Source: Vermamoeba vermiformis
Lineage: Eukaryota
Length of the DNA stretch: 64,000 bases
Assembly: GCA_045837725.1 (NCBI GenBank)
Contig: JBEWZL010000008.1
Coordinates: 62,001-126,000 of the forward strand
Direction: 5' to 3'
A program made the position numbers and the translations under genes. Shown one piece after another: positions 26,033-40,377 of this stretch. The notes under the pieces are model-generated. The model had not been told where the DNA came from, did not search any database, and saw only the letters and a list, made by a program, of their open reading frames with translations. The first letter of the stretch is position 1. Each line of letters starts with the position of its first letter.

Positions 26033-29000
26033 ATGTTCTCGCGCCTCATTGGTCAGTTGCCCGCACAGCTGCGTCAGATCCGACTCACCCCAGTGCTACG
26101 CGTCAGTGCCGTGCCCGCACTGCGTCACGCGAGCAAAAAACCACCGCGCAGCACGAGCAGAAATATTCAGAAATTATTAGAGGAAAAACGCGAGCGAGGT
26201 ATTGTAGTGGACGTACTGCGGCCTATGCTGCATATATTAATTGCAATTATGTGAATAATAATGATGAATAATTATGGGATAATCATGCGAGTCATGTTAC
26301 CCTCCTAATCACTATCACCCACAGGCAAACAAATGGTGGCAGATCTGACGCAGCGCGGAGTCATCAAAACAGGTGCCGCATTGACAGATGTCATTCACGC
26401 GCCTGCAGCACCTGTGCGCGGTAGCAAATTAAAAGCACGTGATACTCTTAAAAAGGAAACTCCCAAGCCTGAGCCACAGGACGCAGCTAAAAATAGCGCG
26501 CCAATCACTGACGAGCACGCTGCCCTGATCGATCACGCGGAACAATTGCCCATGCCCGAAGAGGTGCCACTGCCCGATCATTCACTGAATCAGCTGCAGT
26601 CACGTGTCGCAGAATTCATTTCGCAGCGCTATCGCCAGTATCCATTGCCATTTACGGCAAAAGAGCTCAAAAGAATTCCGCGCACGATTCTCAAGCCCGC
26701 CACGCACGCAGGTCAGTGAAATCTCCGCGCGAGATTTAATCTCCTCTGACTGTTGTTTTTCGCAGAATTTCTCGCGCAGTGGAGCCAGGGCTTTGCTTGG
26801 GACGAGCACGTGACTCAACTCAACACGCAGGTTAGTTGCCTAATTTGGCACTATATCACGTGACACTGATCGCGTTGCAGGTGTTCCACAATGCTATTTT
26901 TAGACCCTATCAGCGCGAGGCAGTCAACATTGTACTCGCGAGATTGAATCTCCTCTGTTGTCTGCCAACGGGCGGCGGAAAATCTCTGGTATATCAGCTC
27001 CCTGGACTGGTGGCACGCGGCACTACCATTGTAATTTCTCCGCTGCTGGCCCTCATTCACGATCAGACCTCGCAACTTACCAAAAAAGGAATATCAGTGC
27101 GTGCTATCACCAGTCAAGTGCCAGCCAATGAAATTTCTGCAATATATCGCGGTATACCACGTGACTTGCGCATTGCTCTCAGCGGACTAATTTCATTTAC
27201 CAAATTTAGAAATGTCCAAGCCTGATTTTGACGTCAAATTCCTGTACGTGACACCTGAGAGAATTGCGCAAAGTGAACGAGTACGTAGAGTTACCAAATA
27301 AGGCAATAACTGACGCACGTAGTTCATGGAAGCGCTGCAGTCACTGCACAGGCACGGAAATTTGCGGAGTATTGCCGTGGATGAAGCGCACTGCATCAGC
27401 GAATGGGGCCACGATTTCAGACCTGACTACCGCGTAATTGCCTTATTTAGTCATAGTGGCCAAATTAGTACTGACGAGGTTGTAGCGACTCTCCATACTG
27501 CGGCAAACATTCCCCGAAGTGCCAGTCATTGCTGTCACTGGTACGCGACTCGTTCATGAACGACTGTGCCGCTGACATTTCCTAATTAGGCACTTGCACA
27601 CCAACAGTGCGCGACGACATTATCAGTCAACTGCAGCTCGGAGACACCTCCGCGGTGATTCAGACCAGCTTCAATCGACCCAACATTTGGTGCGTTCAGT
27701 GAACCAATGCTCACATTGCCTAATTAGTACATTACAGGCTGGAGGTGCGTCCCAAGGGCGATGACGTGCGGTACGAGGTGTACAAGTATATTTGCAGCAA
27801 CAATCTCGAACAGCAGTGCGGCATCGTGTACTGTCTCACCTGCAAAGATGCCGAGAACACGGCAGAATATTTGCAGAAGTGCGGACTAAAAGCGGAATAT
27901 TATCACGGAGGTCTGACGAGTGCGCGCCGTCACGTGGTGCAACAACAGTGGATGGCGAATGAGTGTCACGTGATGTGCACTACTGTCGCCTTCGGACTCG
28001 GCATAGACAAGGTAATGACACGTGTCACTCTGGTGGCACCTGGCACTGACGCATATCCCAGCACGACGTGCGCTATGTGGTGCACAGTACCATGCCGCTC
28101 AGTCTCGAGGCCTATTACCAGCAAGTCGGTCGTGCAGGACGTGATCACGTGCTCGCCTGGGCCGTGCTGTTCTATCGCGCACGTGACAGACTGCGCATCG
28201 ATCACGTGATCTCTGCCAACAACGCTGCACGGCCCGTCATGCCCACTGCACCGCCACGTGCCAGTCAAGACGATGAAGAGCACGTGATTTCAGGTACGGC
28301 AAGGTCTGATGTGGTTCAGTGAACGGCACTCACGGTGCTATTTTTAGCCGAGGACGCAGATGTGAGTTACGAGGACACGACCGTTGATTACAACGTCAAG
28401 GTGAGTGCGGAACAATAGGGGTGCTAAATATAGTCGCTGACCTTCATTGCAGGCGGCTAAAGCGGAAAAACTCGATGACATGGAGAAATTTTGCCAAAAC
28501 AGCAGCTCGTGTCGCCGTCAAATGCTGCTGAGCTATTTTGGGGAGCAGTTCAGCGCGCACCAGTGCAACGACAACTGCGACGTGTGCGCGCACGTGACGA
28601 GCATGGGCGATGAGGCACGTGCTCGACTGCACTCGCGCAAACGATTCACTTTTGCCTCGAAAACGAAGCGCAAAATCTTTGCAAAGAATAGCGCGCAGAG
28701 TGGCAAAGAATTCGAGCTGATCGATGAGAATGATCCGCAATTCAAAGAAAAGCAACGGTTGATTGCCGCCAAGGGTGCGGAGATTGCCGAAGAAGAAGGT
28801 AAAAATAGCACTTTCCTTATTTGGTCACTGATCTCCGCTCAGAACTGGCGCGCAAGAAGAGAGAAGCTGAATTCAAAGAAAATATGCGTCAGAAATTCGA
28901 AGAAAAACGACAACGCCTTGCCGCACGACGATTGACACGTGTCAAACGAGCACCTCGCAAAGAGACGCCAGATGTCGAGGAGACAGAGGACGAGCCACGT

Positions 29001-29295
29001 GCTGTACCGCGCAAACCTGTGCGTTCAGTGAAATTGCTGTCAAAGGTAGGCACGAAGAAATATTTGCAAAGATTAACTGCCGGAACAGGACCCGACGGTG
29101 ATTAAACTGCACGAGATTTGTTCGGAGATTGCATCGAGTCGTGGCGTGTCAGTGGCACGTGTCTTGAGCGAGACTGCAATGAGAAACATTGCCAAAAATA
29201 GACCCAAAACATTCAGTGAATTGAGTGCCATCACAGGCAAGCAGAAAGCAGTGCTGCTGTCACACAAAATATTGCGCTTGTTCAAAGACGATTGA
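26033..29295 (+). CDS. RecQ-family DNA helicase with RQC zinc module and HRDC-like C-terminus
   Basis: [55 protein letters not shown] and [18 protein letters not shown]. Confidence 0.93.
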
Positions 29296-29372
29296 TCTGC
29301 TTATTGAACGGTTGATTTACTGTCAACTGTCAGCTGTAATTAGACAAAACAAGTAATGTACATAAAAGGAAA

Positions 29373-31098
29373 TTAATTTCGCTTCGGAGGGGCTCCGAAC
29401 ATTTTTGGAGGCGCGCCTTTAGGTCCAGTACCGGGCGGAACACCAACCTATTTTTAGCACTGTGAGTACTCAGCACGCACTTTGACACGTGTCACACACT
29501 GACCTTGACATTCGGACCACTCTGCGTGCGATTGAATGGCAGCGGAGATTTCGGCTGCGCAGTGTTCACGATGGATGTCGCGAGACCCATGGCACTGAGC
29601 GCACTGGGATTCGATCCAGAGCCCGTGTTGACACGCACGTGACCTGCGGGGGGTGTGGCGTGTGTGACAGCACTAGTGGCACGTGGCGGCGTGGGCTGAT
29701 CGGCGACAGTAAAGTGCGCGAAGGAACCGAGATCGAGCACGTGTACGTCATTCACTGAACGGGGTTAGTGCTGATTACCTTATATGCGGTTCACTTACCA
29801 GCCAATTTGCTGTCAAATCCACCAATCACAATCAGCCGCTGATCGACGAGCACTGCACTGTGATAGCCACGTGGATCAGGCGCCTGACCAGCCACACTCG
29901 CGGTCTTGATCACCCAGCGGAATTTCTTGGTGGCAAGTGTCGCGGGGGTGAGCAGGGCCTGACGCAGCTCTTCGTCGCACATGAGCAGCCACAACTCGCT
30001 GTGATTGGTCAGTGCAGTTCACTCGATGACACGTGTCACTCACCTGTCGTAGGACTTGCTGTTGTGACCTGCAAACAACACCAACCAGGGCCCCATCATC
30101 GTCAAAGTGTGCGCAAATCTCGGGCCAGGGTTCTCAATTTGCAGCTTGTGCCACGTGCTCGTCTGCGTGTCAAACACCCACGTGTCATTGTAGCAGACCT
30201 TGCCGTCACTGCCGCCAGAGATGAACAGGAACCGTTCACTGAACACGCACCCTGCTTGATAGCCGCGACCACCGGGCAGGGCGGTGCCTTGCGGTCTAAT
30301 TTTAGACCACGTCATGGATTCGGTATCCAGCACGTGCAGGTCATTGCGCGCTGTGCTGCCATCACCACCGCCAAATAAGTACATCATCTTGCCGATCTGT
30401 CGCACGTGTCAGTCCTCAATTTCCTAATTAGGCAAGTTACTCACCGCTTCACACGTGTGCGCGCGTCGTTTGCCGGGCAGTTCACCCTTGGCGTCTATTT
30501 TAGTCCATTCGAGAGTGTCTGGTGCTGGTCAGTCACGTGATTGTAAATAGTTGCAAACACTCACTGATATTGAGCACGTGCATGTCATCGTAGTACGCGG
30601 TTTGTTCGTCACCGCCGCCGTAGTAGAAGATGCGATCGCCGATCAGTACAGAACTCGCAGAACTGCGCGCACTGGGCAGTTGACCCTGTTGAAATATAGG
30701 CATTATAATTCAATACATGCACAAATATAGCAGGTGTATATAGCCCTCTGAGGCCGAGGTCAAACACATTTCACCACATCTCCACCTGCTGGAATAACGG
30801 CTCTAATAATTACCTGCGTGCGAGATATTCTCCAGGTAAATGTTTCTGCATAATAATGTAATTAATAACGCTATTTGAAGCATTCAATTTTAATTTTCAA
30901 TTCCAGATGTCATGTCCTGTCATTAAAAAAATCTTGCTTCGTACCGGTGTCAAAGATATATAAATTGTGAAAATAAGGCTGATTCGGTGATCCTCGTCCT
31001 CCAAATACAAAGATTTTGTTGCCCACGCGTGTCGTGGTTGCTGATCGCAGGCCATGATGCGGCATCTCGCCCGACACTTCAGCGCGCGACCAATTCAT
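29373..31098 (-). CDS. Kelch-repeat beta-propeller protein with Pro/Gly-rich tail
   Basis: Repeated R-x-x-H...F/IGG...ND..V.D..T..W Kelch units across several exons. Confidence 0.85.
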
Positions 31099-31159
31099 GG
31101 CTTAATAACGATTAATATGAGTGTTGCACTTGAATTGGCTAACAGTTACTGATAACAAA

Positions 31160-31339
31160 CTGTTTTCTCCCAAATCACGAACATTCTGTCAGACACATGT
31201 CAATTTTAATGAGCTTATCAAGGAGCTTGCACAGTATGGCTATAATACTAACAAGTCATGTATATCACGATTACTGAAACTTTGGCGTTGGAGCGTTAAG
31301 AAGATTAGTCCCCTACAGCACGCGTACTGTACCACGTAA
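31160..31339 (+). pseudogene. Possible IS630/Tc1-mariner transposase helix-turn-helix remnant
   Basis: ELIKELAQYGYNTNKSCISRLLKLWRWSVKK resembles the winged-HTH segment that precedes the DDE domain. No DDE domain or proper start codon is visible. Confidence 0.4.
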
Positions 31340-31537
31340 CCTCCAAGGAATAACTATCACCAATGCATGTGACAGCTGCTCTCGTTACAATTACACGCAC
31401 AATGCTCGAGGAATTCGCAGCCATTTACTAGTATGTATATATTCACAAAATTGTTGCTTAGTGGCCGTGTCTGTGACCTCCAAGTTTGTCCTCCTAAAAA
31501 AGTACGTTAAAGGACTGCAATCATCATCAGTGAAATT

Positions 31538-34325
31538 TCATACCACGTGCGTCAAATCTCGCCGCGTGATCATGCCCACGACCCTGTTGTGCTGATCGAC
31601 CACCACGAGGTGTCGCAGTCCCATGGTGCGGAACAATTGAAAGACACGTGACAGTGACGAGCCCTGCTGGATGACAAACGGCGCCTGATTGATGTCTGCA
31701 CGTGATTGGTCAGAACTTGCGACTAAATATAGCAGCAGTACGTACAAGGCGTGAGGTCCAAATATTGCGCCAATTCATCGTGCGCGAGTGACACGGAGGT
31801 GATGGGCGGGTAGCGCGGATAGTCCTCCGAGAAGTCGAGCAGCGTGACGGGCTGGTAGTAGCTCTTGGTGCCACTCGGACTGCGCTGAAAGGCCTTGTGT
31901 CCTAATAAGGTAATCAGCTGACTGCGCAGTATCAGCCCCGCAAAGGTGCCGTCATCGTGCACGACAGGGAAGCCATTGTGGTGCGTGTGGTGCAGCACGT
32001 GATGGAGGTGCGCGACTTGTTCCACGCGACTGAACTGCGTCACTGGCCGCGCCATCACATCGGAGGCGCGGAACTTGCGCATAAAGTGCGGTGGCTCCCA
32101 GTGCAACAGCGGGATTTGTTTCACTGAACGCGGTGAGTCAGTGCGCATAGCCTAATTAGGACACGTACCTTCGATGGCAATGTCGTAGAGGCCTTCATTG
32201 AACCAGTCACCCGTCCACTTGGCCACCATCAGCGTGATCATGATCGGCAGACCGTACGTCGTGTCATTCGTCGCTTCGATCAGAATCACCGTCAGTGCGA
32301 TGGTCATGCGCGTCACTCCACCTAAAAAGGAAGCTGCACCAATTAAGGCAAATGTGCCCGGATTGATGCGCCAGGCCGAGCCAATGTTGTTGAGCAGTTG
32401 ACCGACGAGTCTGCCGTACGAGGCACCAGTGAGAATGGCGGGCACGAACACCCCGACCGGCGCAGCAATGCCCTGCGTCCAACAGAAGAGTGCAAAGTAG
32501 ATGCACGTGAACACCGCGAGCGTGCTGAAGCTGAACTCGCCCTCGTTGTGCAGCAGCTGTTTGATCGCGAGTTCTTGCGTCGTGAAGAACACTGTCGCCA
32601 TGTCGTTGTAGTAGCCCTGGTAGAGGGTCAGCACTGAGCGGTCTTTGCAACTATTTAGTGCAATACTTACATTCGGACAGAAGAATTGAAAGTGATTGAT
32701 CTCCGAGCCTTCATTCGGTCCCAGATCAGTGCCGCGCAATCGACTGTGTGACACGTGTCAATCACTGAACTGCATTCGCGTGATGGAGGACTTACCGACA
32801 GGCGTGTACAAAATAGGACAAGTTGAAGGAGAAGACGCTGACCACAAAAGCTAATAATAGTGCCTCAAAGAACTTGAGGAACTTGTTTTGCAGATATTTC
32901 ATGCGGAACAATGTGAGCTTGAGAATCACGTGATTGTACAGTGCGCCCAACAGTCCGCCAATCACACCCATCAAGATGAAGAACGGAAAGTGCACGATGG
33001 AGTAGCCGTGATCGACTTGATTGCTGAACGTGCCAAAGTTGACGAGACCGGGCTGTGACAGCGCACCCCACTTGTTGTAGGTGGCCCCCGAGGACAGGAA
33101 GTTGAAGGTGAAGGTCGACACCAGCGAGGTGAAGAATATTCGCCACGTGAGCGGTTGATTCCAGAACGAGGCACCCTCTTCCAGGGCAAACAACACGCCA
33201 CCAATCGGAGCTCCGAATGCTGCGGCCACACCTGCTGCTGCACCACCACTCACAAAGTCGCGCTTCTCGCTGTCACGTGCTGGTCAGTACTGGCACTCGT
33301 TTGACACGTGTCACTCACCGATCATTGCGGAAATACTGCACGAGATGCGTGTCCAATGTCTTGAATGTGGTGGACTTGCCCTGCGAGAGACCTGCAGCCA
33401 CTATAGCGCCCTGTTGAGCACGTGTCAGCACGCACCAGACATGACCAAATTAGGCAATTACCGTGTGAATCATCGGCCCCTCTTGTCCTGCAGGTATGCC
33501 ACTTGCCACAGTGAGCAGCGTGCCAAAGACTTTGCAGAGCAGTGTCTTGAAGCGAATGATGTGCGGCACTTTGATGCCGTTCAAATAGCTCTAGTCACGT
33601 GTGCGATGAGTGTCGAGTAGCGCTATATACAACACTGTGCGTACCTTGATCTCGGGTATACCGGACCCCCCTGCTGCGGGTTCAATGAACACGATCAGAA
33701 ATGACGCGACACCGACCAGCACGAGATTGAAGCCGAGGTAGATGAGAAATGGATTCCAATAGCAGTCATTGCAGTCGATATTCAGCTGATTGGCCAGATA
33801 AAATTTGAGATATGCGGTGGATCTGATGCCTGTGTCCACTGCCCACGCCACACTACCTACGAGCACTGCAATCACAAAGTTCATGCCCCACCGTGCCAGA
33901 TCTCGATTGCGAAAGAACTATTGTCGTATTAATATGAATGTACTACCTAATGAACAGCACTAGGGGCTCTGAATACTTACTCGACTCGTTTTTGCTTGGA
34001 TTTCCTTTTGATACAAATCATTCTCGACAATATCGTAGTCTAAGCTCTATAATAGCACAGAATGATTATGAATCACGATATTGGTTATTACAATAACGAT
34101 ATTATGCCACACAATATTCCGAATTATTTTATTATTAATTTTCGGATCTGAGAGTGGCAATGTAACCGCTCGATCGAATTTGTATGCATATATAATTACC
34201 TCGTATTTAGTTTTCGTAATGCCCACTTCTTTTTTTAACTCCTTCATCGCCTCTCGCGATCGCGACATGGATCGCTGACGAGTCCGCCGTGTGGGCACAG
34301 TAATCTGAGTATCCCCGTTCATCAT
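31538..34325 (-). CDS. CLC chloride channel/transporter, CLC-6/7-like, with two CBS domains
   Basis: [58 protein letters not shown] and [14 protein letters not shown]. Confidence 0.95.
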
Positions 34326-34526
34326 GATATACTTGCAGCACTATAATGCATCTATATATATATATATACACTTCGAATCAGACGCGCTGTGCTTGCTCTT
34401 CGGTCTGAATGAATTTTTCACAGTAATTTTCACAACTTGTTTATTTCACGCAAACATGTCGCAATAATCGCGCATATTTCATATTAATATCCGCCTATAT
34501 ATTTTGTATATATATGTACTTATCCC

Positions 34527-36913
34527 ATGGCAGAATCGAATTCTCTATCGACAAATACCAGCGAACATCGTCGGAACACATCCGGCATTAATTTGGGCAG
34601 TCTACTGCGGTTATTTAAGAGCAGCTACTTTGACGCGTGGATGGGCGTGTCATATTTGTTCAGATACGCCTCGTCTGGCGTGCAGGATTACTTGGTCAAT
34701 CAGCTCTATTCACTGCCTGTAGATCAGATCGAGTTTTATCTAACGCAATTATGGTAAATGTCGTGCATTTAATTCATATTTAATTACTATAATTATAATT
34801 AATGAATAAAATTGTGATGAAAATTAAAAATTTCGTTTTTCGGGATCAGAACTTTGAATTTATTTTAAACATAATTTGAATGACAAATAGCCGAACAATC
34901 ATCCATACAATATCGTCATTGACATGTTGTTTATTGTAATCATGGCTATTATCGTATTTTATTTCAATTACATTTCTGCCAAGCTTGATATTAACCGGTT
35001 CTGTTACTATATTTAGCTACATGTTGGTGCGCAATCACGTGACGAGCAAGACACTCGAGCGCTTTGTCATCGATCAGTGCTGCAAATCACTGCACCTGGC
35101 CCTCAAAGTCTGTTGGCAGCTGTTGAGTTGGCACGACGAGCTGGATGTGGCTGTCACTACGCGCGCACGTGACTTGTACGAACTGTGCGAGACAGCTGCT
35201 GTCAACGGCACACGTGACCAGGCCCTGCTGAACATCACGGACGAAGAGTCACGTGATCAGGCCCTGACAGAACTGGCCCTGGTCAAGGCTGATCGCTGCG
35301 AATTCTTTTACGGCGAATTGACCCTGATCGAGGCACTTACCGAATTAGGACAAGACTTGCGACTGACACCTGTCGACGGTCGACTGGCACAACTGCGCCT
35401 CAAATTAGAAGCACTGAATGCCAAGCTGTTCAACTACGAGTCACGTGACGGCAAGTGTGTCGGGCAGTACGTGCCACTCAACACCGCACTCGAACTGCAT
35501 CACGTGATTTTGAGATTTGTGGCCGATGAGGCTGTCGTGCTCAACTCACGTGATCGCGCGCCTTATTTGGTATACATTGAAGTGCTGCAGTCCGAGTCAG
35601 TCAAGTGCGGTGACCCCAATTTGTTCCGCGTGGGCGAGCAGTACATGACAGCACTGCGGAACAATGCGCTGTGGGACGACAGTGTGACAGCAGAGGACAC
35701 CGTGCCGACCATCGACAGCATTGTTTTTCCGTCTGAAACTCCGCGCCCACGTGATCAGCCGAGCGAGGACAAGTCACGTGATTTGCAGAACAGACACGTG
35801 AAGGAAATTCCCGAAGAATTGAAGCGTCAGTTAGAGAGCGCGCTCAAAGAAGAAAAAGAGCACCCCGAGCTCGCAGCAGGGGACGGACCACTCTCGGGCG
35901 GGCCTGGCGCGCTGACCAACATTGCGCACATCGACACACCGCTCGTCAGATCGGAGTTATTCAAAGATCGCACGGAGCGGATCCGAAAGAAATCTCCGTA
36001 CGGTCACTTGCCAGGCTGGGGTAAGCGACAAGCAGCTGTTTGACACTGATCACGTGACTCATCATTTGCAGGTCTCAAGTCGATGATCGTCAAGGTCGGT
36101 GATGACTGTCGCCAGGAATATTTAGCTTTGCAGCTGATTGGTGTATTCCACTACATCTTCACACAAGCAGGATTGCCTAATTGGGTGTTGCCGTACAAGA
36201 TTCTGATTCTCAACGACAACAGCTGTCTCATTGAGACCATTCTCGATGCAGCGTCCATTCACCAAATTAAGAAGGCCAATAATTGCATCAGTTTGTCGCA
36301 ACTCTTCGTCAAGGTAAGTGCTAAAAATAGCTCCGATCACGTGCGCGACTGACAGCCCATGCAGCGCTACGGACCAGCGAACAGTGCGCGCCACAGCGAG
36401 GCAGTGAAGCAGTTCATGCACAGCTTGGCCGGCTATTCCATCGTGTGCTACTTGCTGCAGATCAAAGACCGCCACAACGGCAACATTATGCTCGACGAGG
36501 AGGGGCATCTGATCCACATTGACTACGGATTCATGTTGTGGAACTCACCCGGGGGGCTCAACTTTGAGTCCGCGCCGTTCAAGCTGAGTCGCGAGTACAT
36601 TGATCTGATGGGCGGGGCGGACAGTGCCACCTTCTCCTACTTCAAGTCCATATTCGTCAAAGGCTTCCTCGAGGTGCGCAAACATCAAGAGCGCATCGTC
36701 ACCCTGGTCGAGATTATGTTGCCTGGCTCGCGACTGCCGTGCTTGCAAGCTGGTCAGCCCGTGATTGACGCCCTCAAAGAGCGCTTTGCCATGAGTCTCA
36801 CCGAGACTGAGTGCATTGCGCATGCAGAGTCGCTCGTGACTAGATCTCTCGACACGTGGCGCACACGACAGTACGACAAGTTCCAGTACATGAGCAACGG
36901 CATCTTGTATTAA
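34527..36913 (+). CDS. PI4KB: Phosphatidylinositol 4-kinase type III beta (Pik1-like)
   Basis: SLLRLFKSSYFD, EFYLTQL, VLNSRDRAPY, IRKKSPYGHLPGW, IVKVGDDCRQE, QIKDRHNGNIM, HIDYGF and FESAPFKL. Confidence 0.93.
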
Positions 36914-37118
36914 TAATAGCTCACCATCACCTCCTTGTACAAAGTAAAGCGACAGTTCAACCCATACAATTGATAGAAGCACTCGACATAGTGCTGAGGG
37001 GATGCTAGCATGAAACGCTTACTAATTTAAGGCCCGCACGACGTGCCAACGGTTTTTTTAGTGAAATTGTCAAACAACAATACAGATCAGAACAACCTAA
37101 CACTACGGATATTGAACT

Positions 37119-38919
37119 ATGGCTGAGCGTAAAGTAGTGACTATCGCGGAGATTACGGGGCTGGTCGGCGACGGCTCTGCATTAAACCTCGCCAACAGAT
37201 CCCTCACTGAATTACCTGGTAATAGCGACGATTATTGTAAATATATTATATTTAATTAATATTTGTAGAATTAACCAAGTTCCCGGCGTTAAAGAAGATT
37301 GATTTGAGCAATAATGCATTAGATTCGCTCTCAGGAATTAAACATAATCACCAAGTCACCTGGCTATCTTTAAAGGGCAACAAATTGACCAAATTGACTG
37401 CCATTAGTCGCATGAAAAATTTGGTTGGTAAGTTTGAGGGCGGATCAACAATTCGATCGCGATCAGATCCATGTCAACTTATTTATTTGGACCTGAAAGC
37501 CGTTCGAAAATTCATATATTAATATATAATAATTTTTAGTACTAAACGCGGCAATGAATGAGGTGAAAGACTTCGATCCAAGCCCGCATCCTCGCCTCTC
37601 TGCACTAATTCTCAACAATAATCAACTCACTCGCATTCCTACTTTTGATAATAACCTCGAATTAAACACGTTAGGTAAGCAGGCTGATACTAATACGATA
37701 TTGGTACTAACTAGCGCTGCAGTTCTCTCGCACAACAAGATCGAGGAAATGACGCCCGTCTTGTCCAAATTAGGCAAGATGAAGAAGCTCTCGCTGTCGC
37801 ACAATCAGATTAGAGAGATTGCATATGTCTCCGATCAGTTCTATCTGCACGAACTCAAGCTGAACGACAACAAGATCCGCAACCTGCCCGAGTCCCTCGC
37901 GAAGAATGTCAGACTGGAGATTCTCGATTTGGGCAATAACCAAATTAGGGACTTTGACGACATTAAAGTACTGTCGCAGCTCAAGGGCTTGAAGAATTTG
38001 AACTTGAAAGGCAATCCCATCACGCAAAAGTCCAGTTATCCCGATCAGCTCTACGTCCTGTGCCCGTTCATTCGTGTAAGCTAAAAATAGCATCGGTGAC
38101 ACCGAGTCTCAGGAATCTTTGCAGATATTGGACGGCAAGAAGCGCGAGATCAAGTCGAAGAGTTTTGTGGCGAGTGACACGAAGGGTGCCGTGCCCCAAG
38201 TGTCAAACAGTGACTCGAACAAGCGCAAGCGTGAAGTGACAGATGTCAATGAGGAGCCTGCACCGAAGCGACAGAAGATTGAACAGAGCGACGAGAGCGA
38301 TCAGCACGCGGAGTCAGCGGAGCAGATGGAGACTGAACAAAATTCACGCAAAGACAAGTCAGCTGACACGACCAGCAACAGACCTGCTTTCCAAAAAAGG
38401 AATAGAGATCAAGGACCTGACCGACGACCAAATGCCACTCAAAAATTTCAGCGCAATGAAGGCGCACAAAGAACACCGCGTGAAGGTGACAGATCTAACT
38501 TCAAAAACAACGAGCGAGGACAGCAATCACGTGACAGAAATAACAGCAAAGTTAATGCAGATCAGCCGTTTAAGAAGAATACAGATAACAGTAATAAAAA
38601 CAAGCAGATGAACAGGAGTGAAGCACAGCCGAACAAAAAACAAGAGCAACAAAACAAATTTACCAAAAAAGGAAAACAACAGCCGCAAGAAGAACAACCC
38701 GAGCCAGTACAAAATAAGAAATCAAAAGAGCAAGTGACACCTGTCAAAGAAGTGTCCGTCAAGGTGACCGATGAGAACGCCCAGGCAGAAGACCCGCGAC
38801 CTGATCACGTAACTGGACCGAGTTCGGGCATTGTGAACATCAAATTGGCACCGCAAAAGAAACAATTTTCAGTGAAAGAACTGCTGTCAAACACTGAACA
38901 GCAAGTCGCGAGCTGGTAA
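37119..38919 (+). CDS. SDS22-like leucine-rich-repeat protein with long basic low-complexity tail
   Basis: Tandem LxxLxLxxNxI repeats and an LKNLNLKGNPI...LQILDG LRR cap. The K/N/Q-rich tail has an NLS-like KRKR...PKRQK. Confidence 0.82.
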
Positions 38920-38962
38920 AATAAAAAACATTTCTAAATTAGGAAAGTGTCATTTACTGCAC

Positions 38963-40161
38963 TCACAGCTTGGTCTGAGTACTGTCACTCTTGACAGGTG
39001 TCTCGCTCGCAGTACTCTGATTGACACCTGTCACACTCGCGGACTCCAGTGGTGTCTCATTCGCCTCCGCTGCAATCTCGGCTAATTCCTGCGCGGTGGG
39101 CGGCAGTGAAGTGAATTCACCATATATAGCACTCGCCGTTGCAATCACCGCGCTGATCACTGAAAGTGTTTCACTGAAATGCACTGTCTCGTGCAGCGTG
39201 TGCTCGGAGATGGCTGTAATAATTCCGCTGAGGCCCAGTGCAGTCCAAATATGGGCAACACAATCGATCACGTCAAACACCGCTGCGACACCAAAAGCAC
39301 GTGTCGCGGAGATATTTCCGAGATTCTTTTCAGTCTGATAGCGCTTGTAGTCCACGCGCGTAATAATTGCTGCAAAGATTCCTCCCACTGCAGGCACGGC
39401 AATCGCCAGACCTCTTCCTAATTTGGTAAACACGATGCGCGCACCCAGTCGTTTGCCTCCACGCTTGGCCAGTCTCGGCAGCACTTTCGAGACCTAGGGG
39501 TGTGTTAATATAGTGCTCGTATGATCACTCACTGCTTTGCTCTTACAAATTTCTCCGCGGCTTTCATCGACAACTTCTCAGTGGCGCGGTGAGAGAACTG
39601 ATGTTTGGCCCCTAATGGAGTGCAGTGTGAGTGGTGCGGTACCAAATATAGTAATGCTGCCGTTAGTGCGTACCATGAAGACCTCCGTGATGGGCGTGGC
39701 CTGGATCGAGGTCAGTTGATGGATCGGAAATAAATTGAGACTGTTATATTACGCACCATGAGTGCCACCATGATGTTTGTGGTGGTGTATGATTGGCTGC
39801 TCTTTGGGAGGCTCAGATCCGTTGTTATTGCTGCTGAAGTCGAGTTAATTCACTTGATATTTGTCAAATAAATTCAGATTATTTTATATTTTATGTGCAT
39901 AATATATATTCAGTACGTATTAATTTTAGTACTAAACAATTATTCGCTAGTCACACTAATTTAAAATTAATCGTGATCCCACGGCCGTTGGAGCCTTGTT
40001 GTCACTTACTGATTAAAACGTGATTGTAAAGTAGTGTTGTTGAATATAGAAGTCATATTAGACGCTGTTTTTCGTTCCGTGGCAAACAAGCTGGATCGAG
40101 ACAGATTGGTGTAGGTGCGCGACGAACACGCCTTGCCGAACAGTGTTTTTAATGCTGCCAT
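38963..40161 (-). CDS. Hypothetical membrane protein, possibly organelle-targeted
   Basis: A 173-aa last exon with hydrophobic segments, plus upstream exons bounded by GT-AG. The putative start MAALKTLFGKACSSRT looks like a presequence. Confidence 0.6.
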
Positions 40162-40377
40162 TGCTAGTACTAACAGCGGTAGTAGTGTTCAATTGGATAT
40201 CAACGACGGACAACAAAACAATCGGCGCATTAATAATCTCCGTTCATTTATTTACATAGTCGAATTAAATTTATAATTACATTAAGGACTAGGCAGCAGT
40301 ATGCGCTATTTAATTTGTTATACTGCGCCTAGTTCGTCTATAAACAAAAATTAACAAACTTGGCCGTTCTGGCGGTC

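Noticed and set aside
18995-29295. Functional cluster of mitochondrial genes (carrier, lipoate ligase, RecQ)
   Set aside because: They are interspersed with unrelated genes, and three among about 25 is unremarkable.
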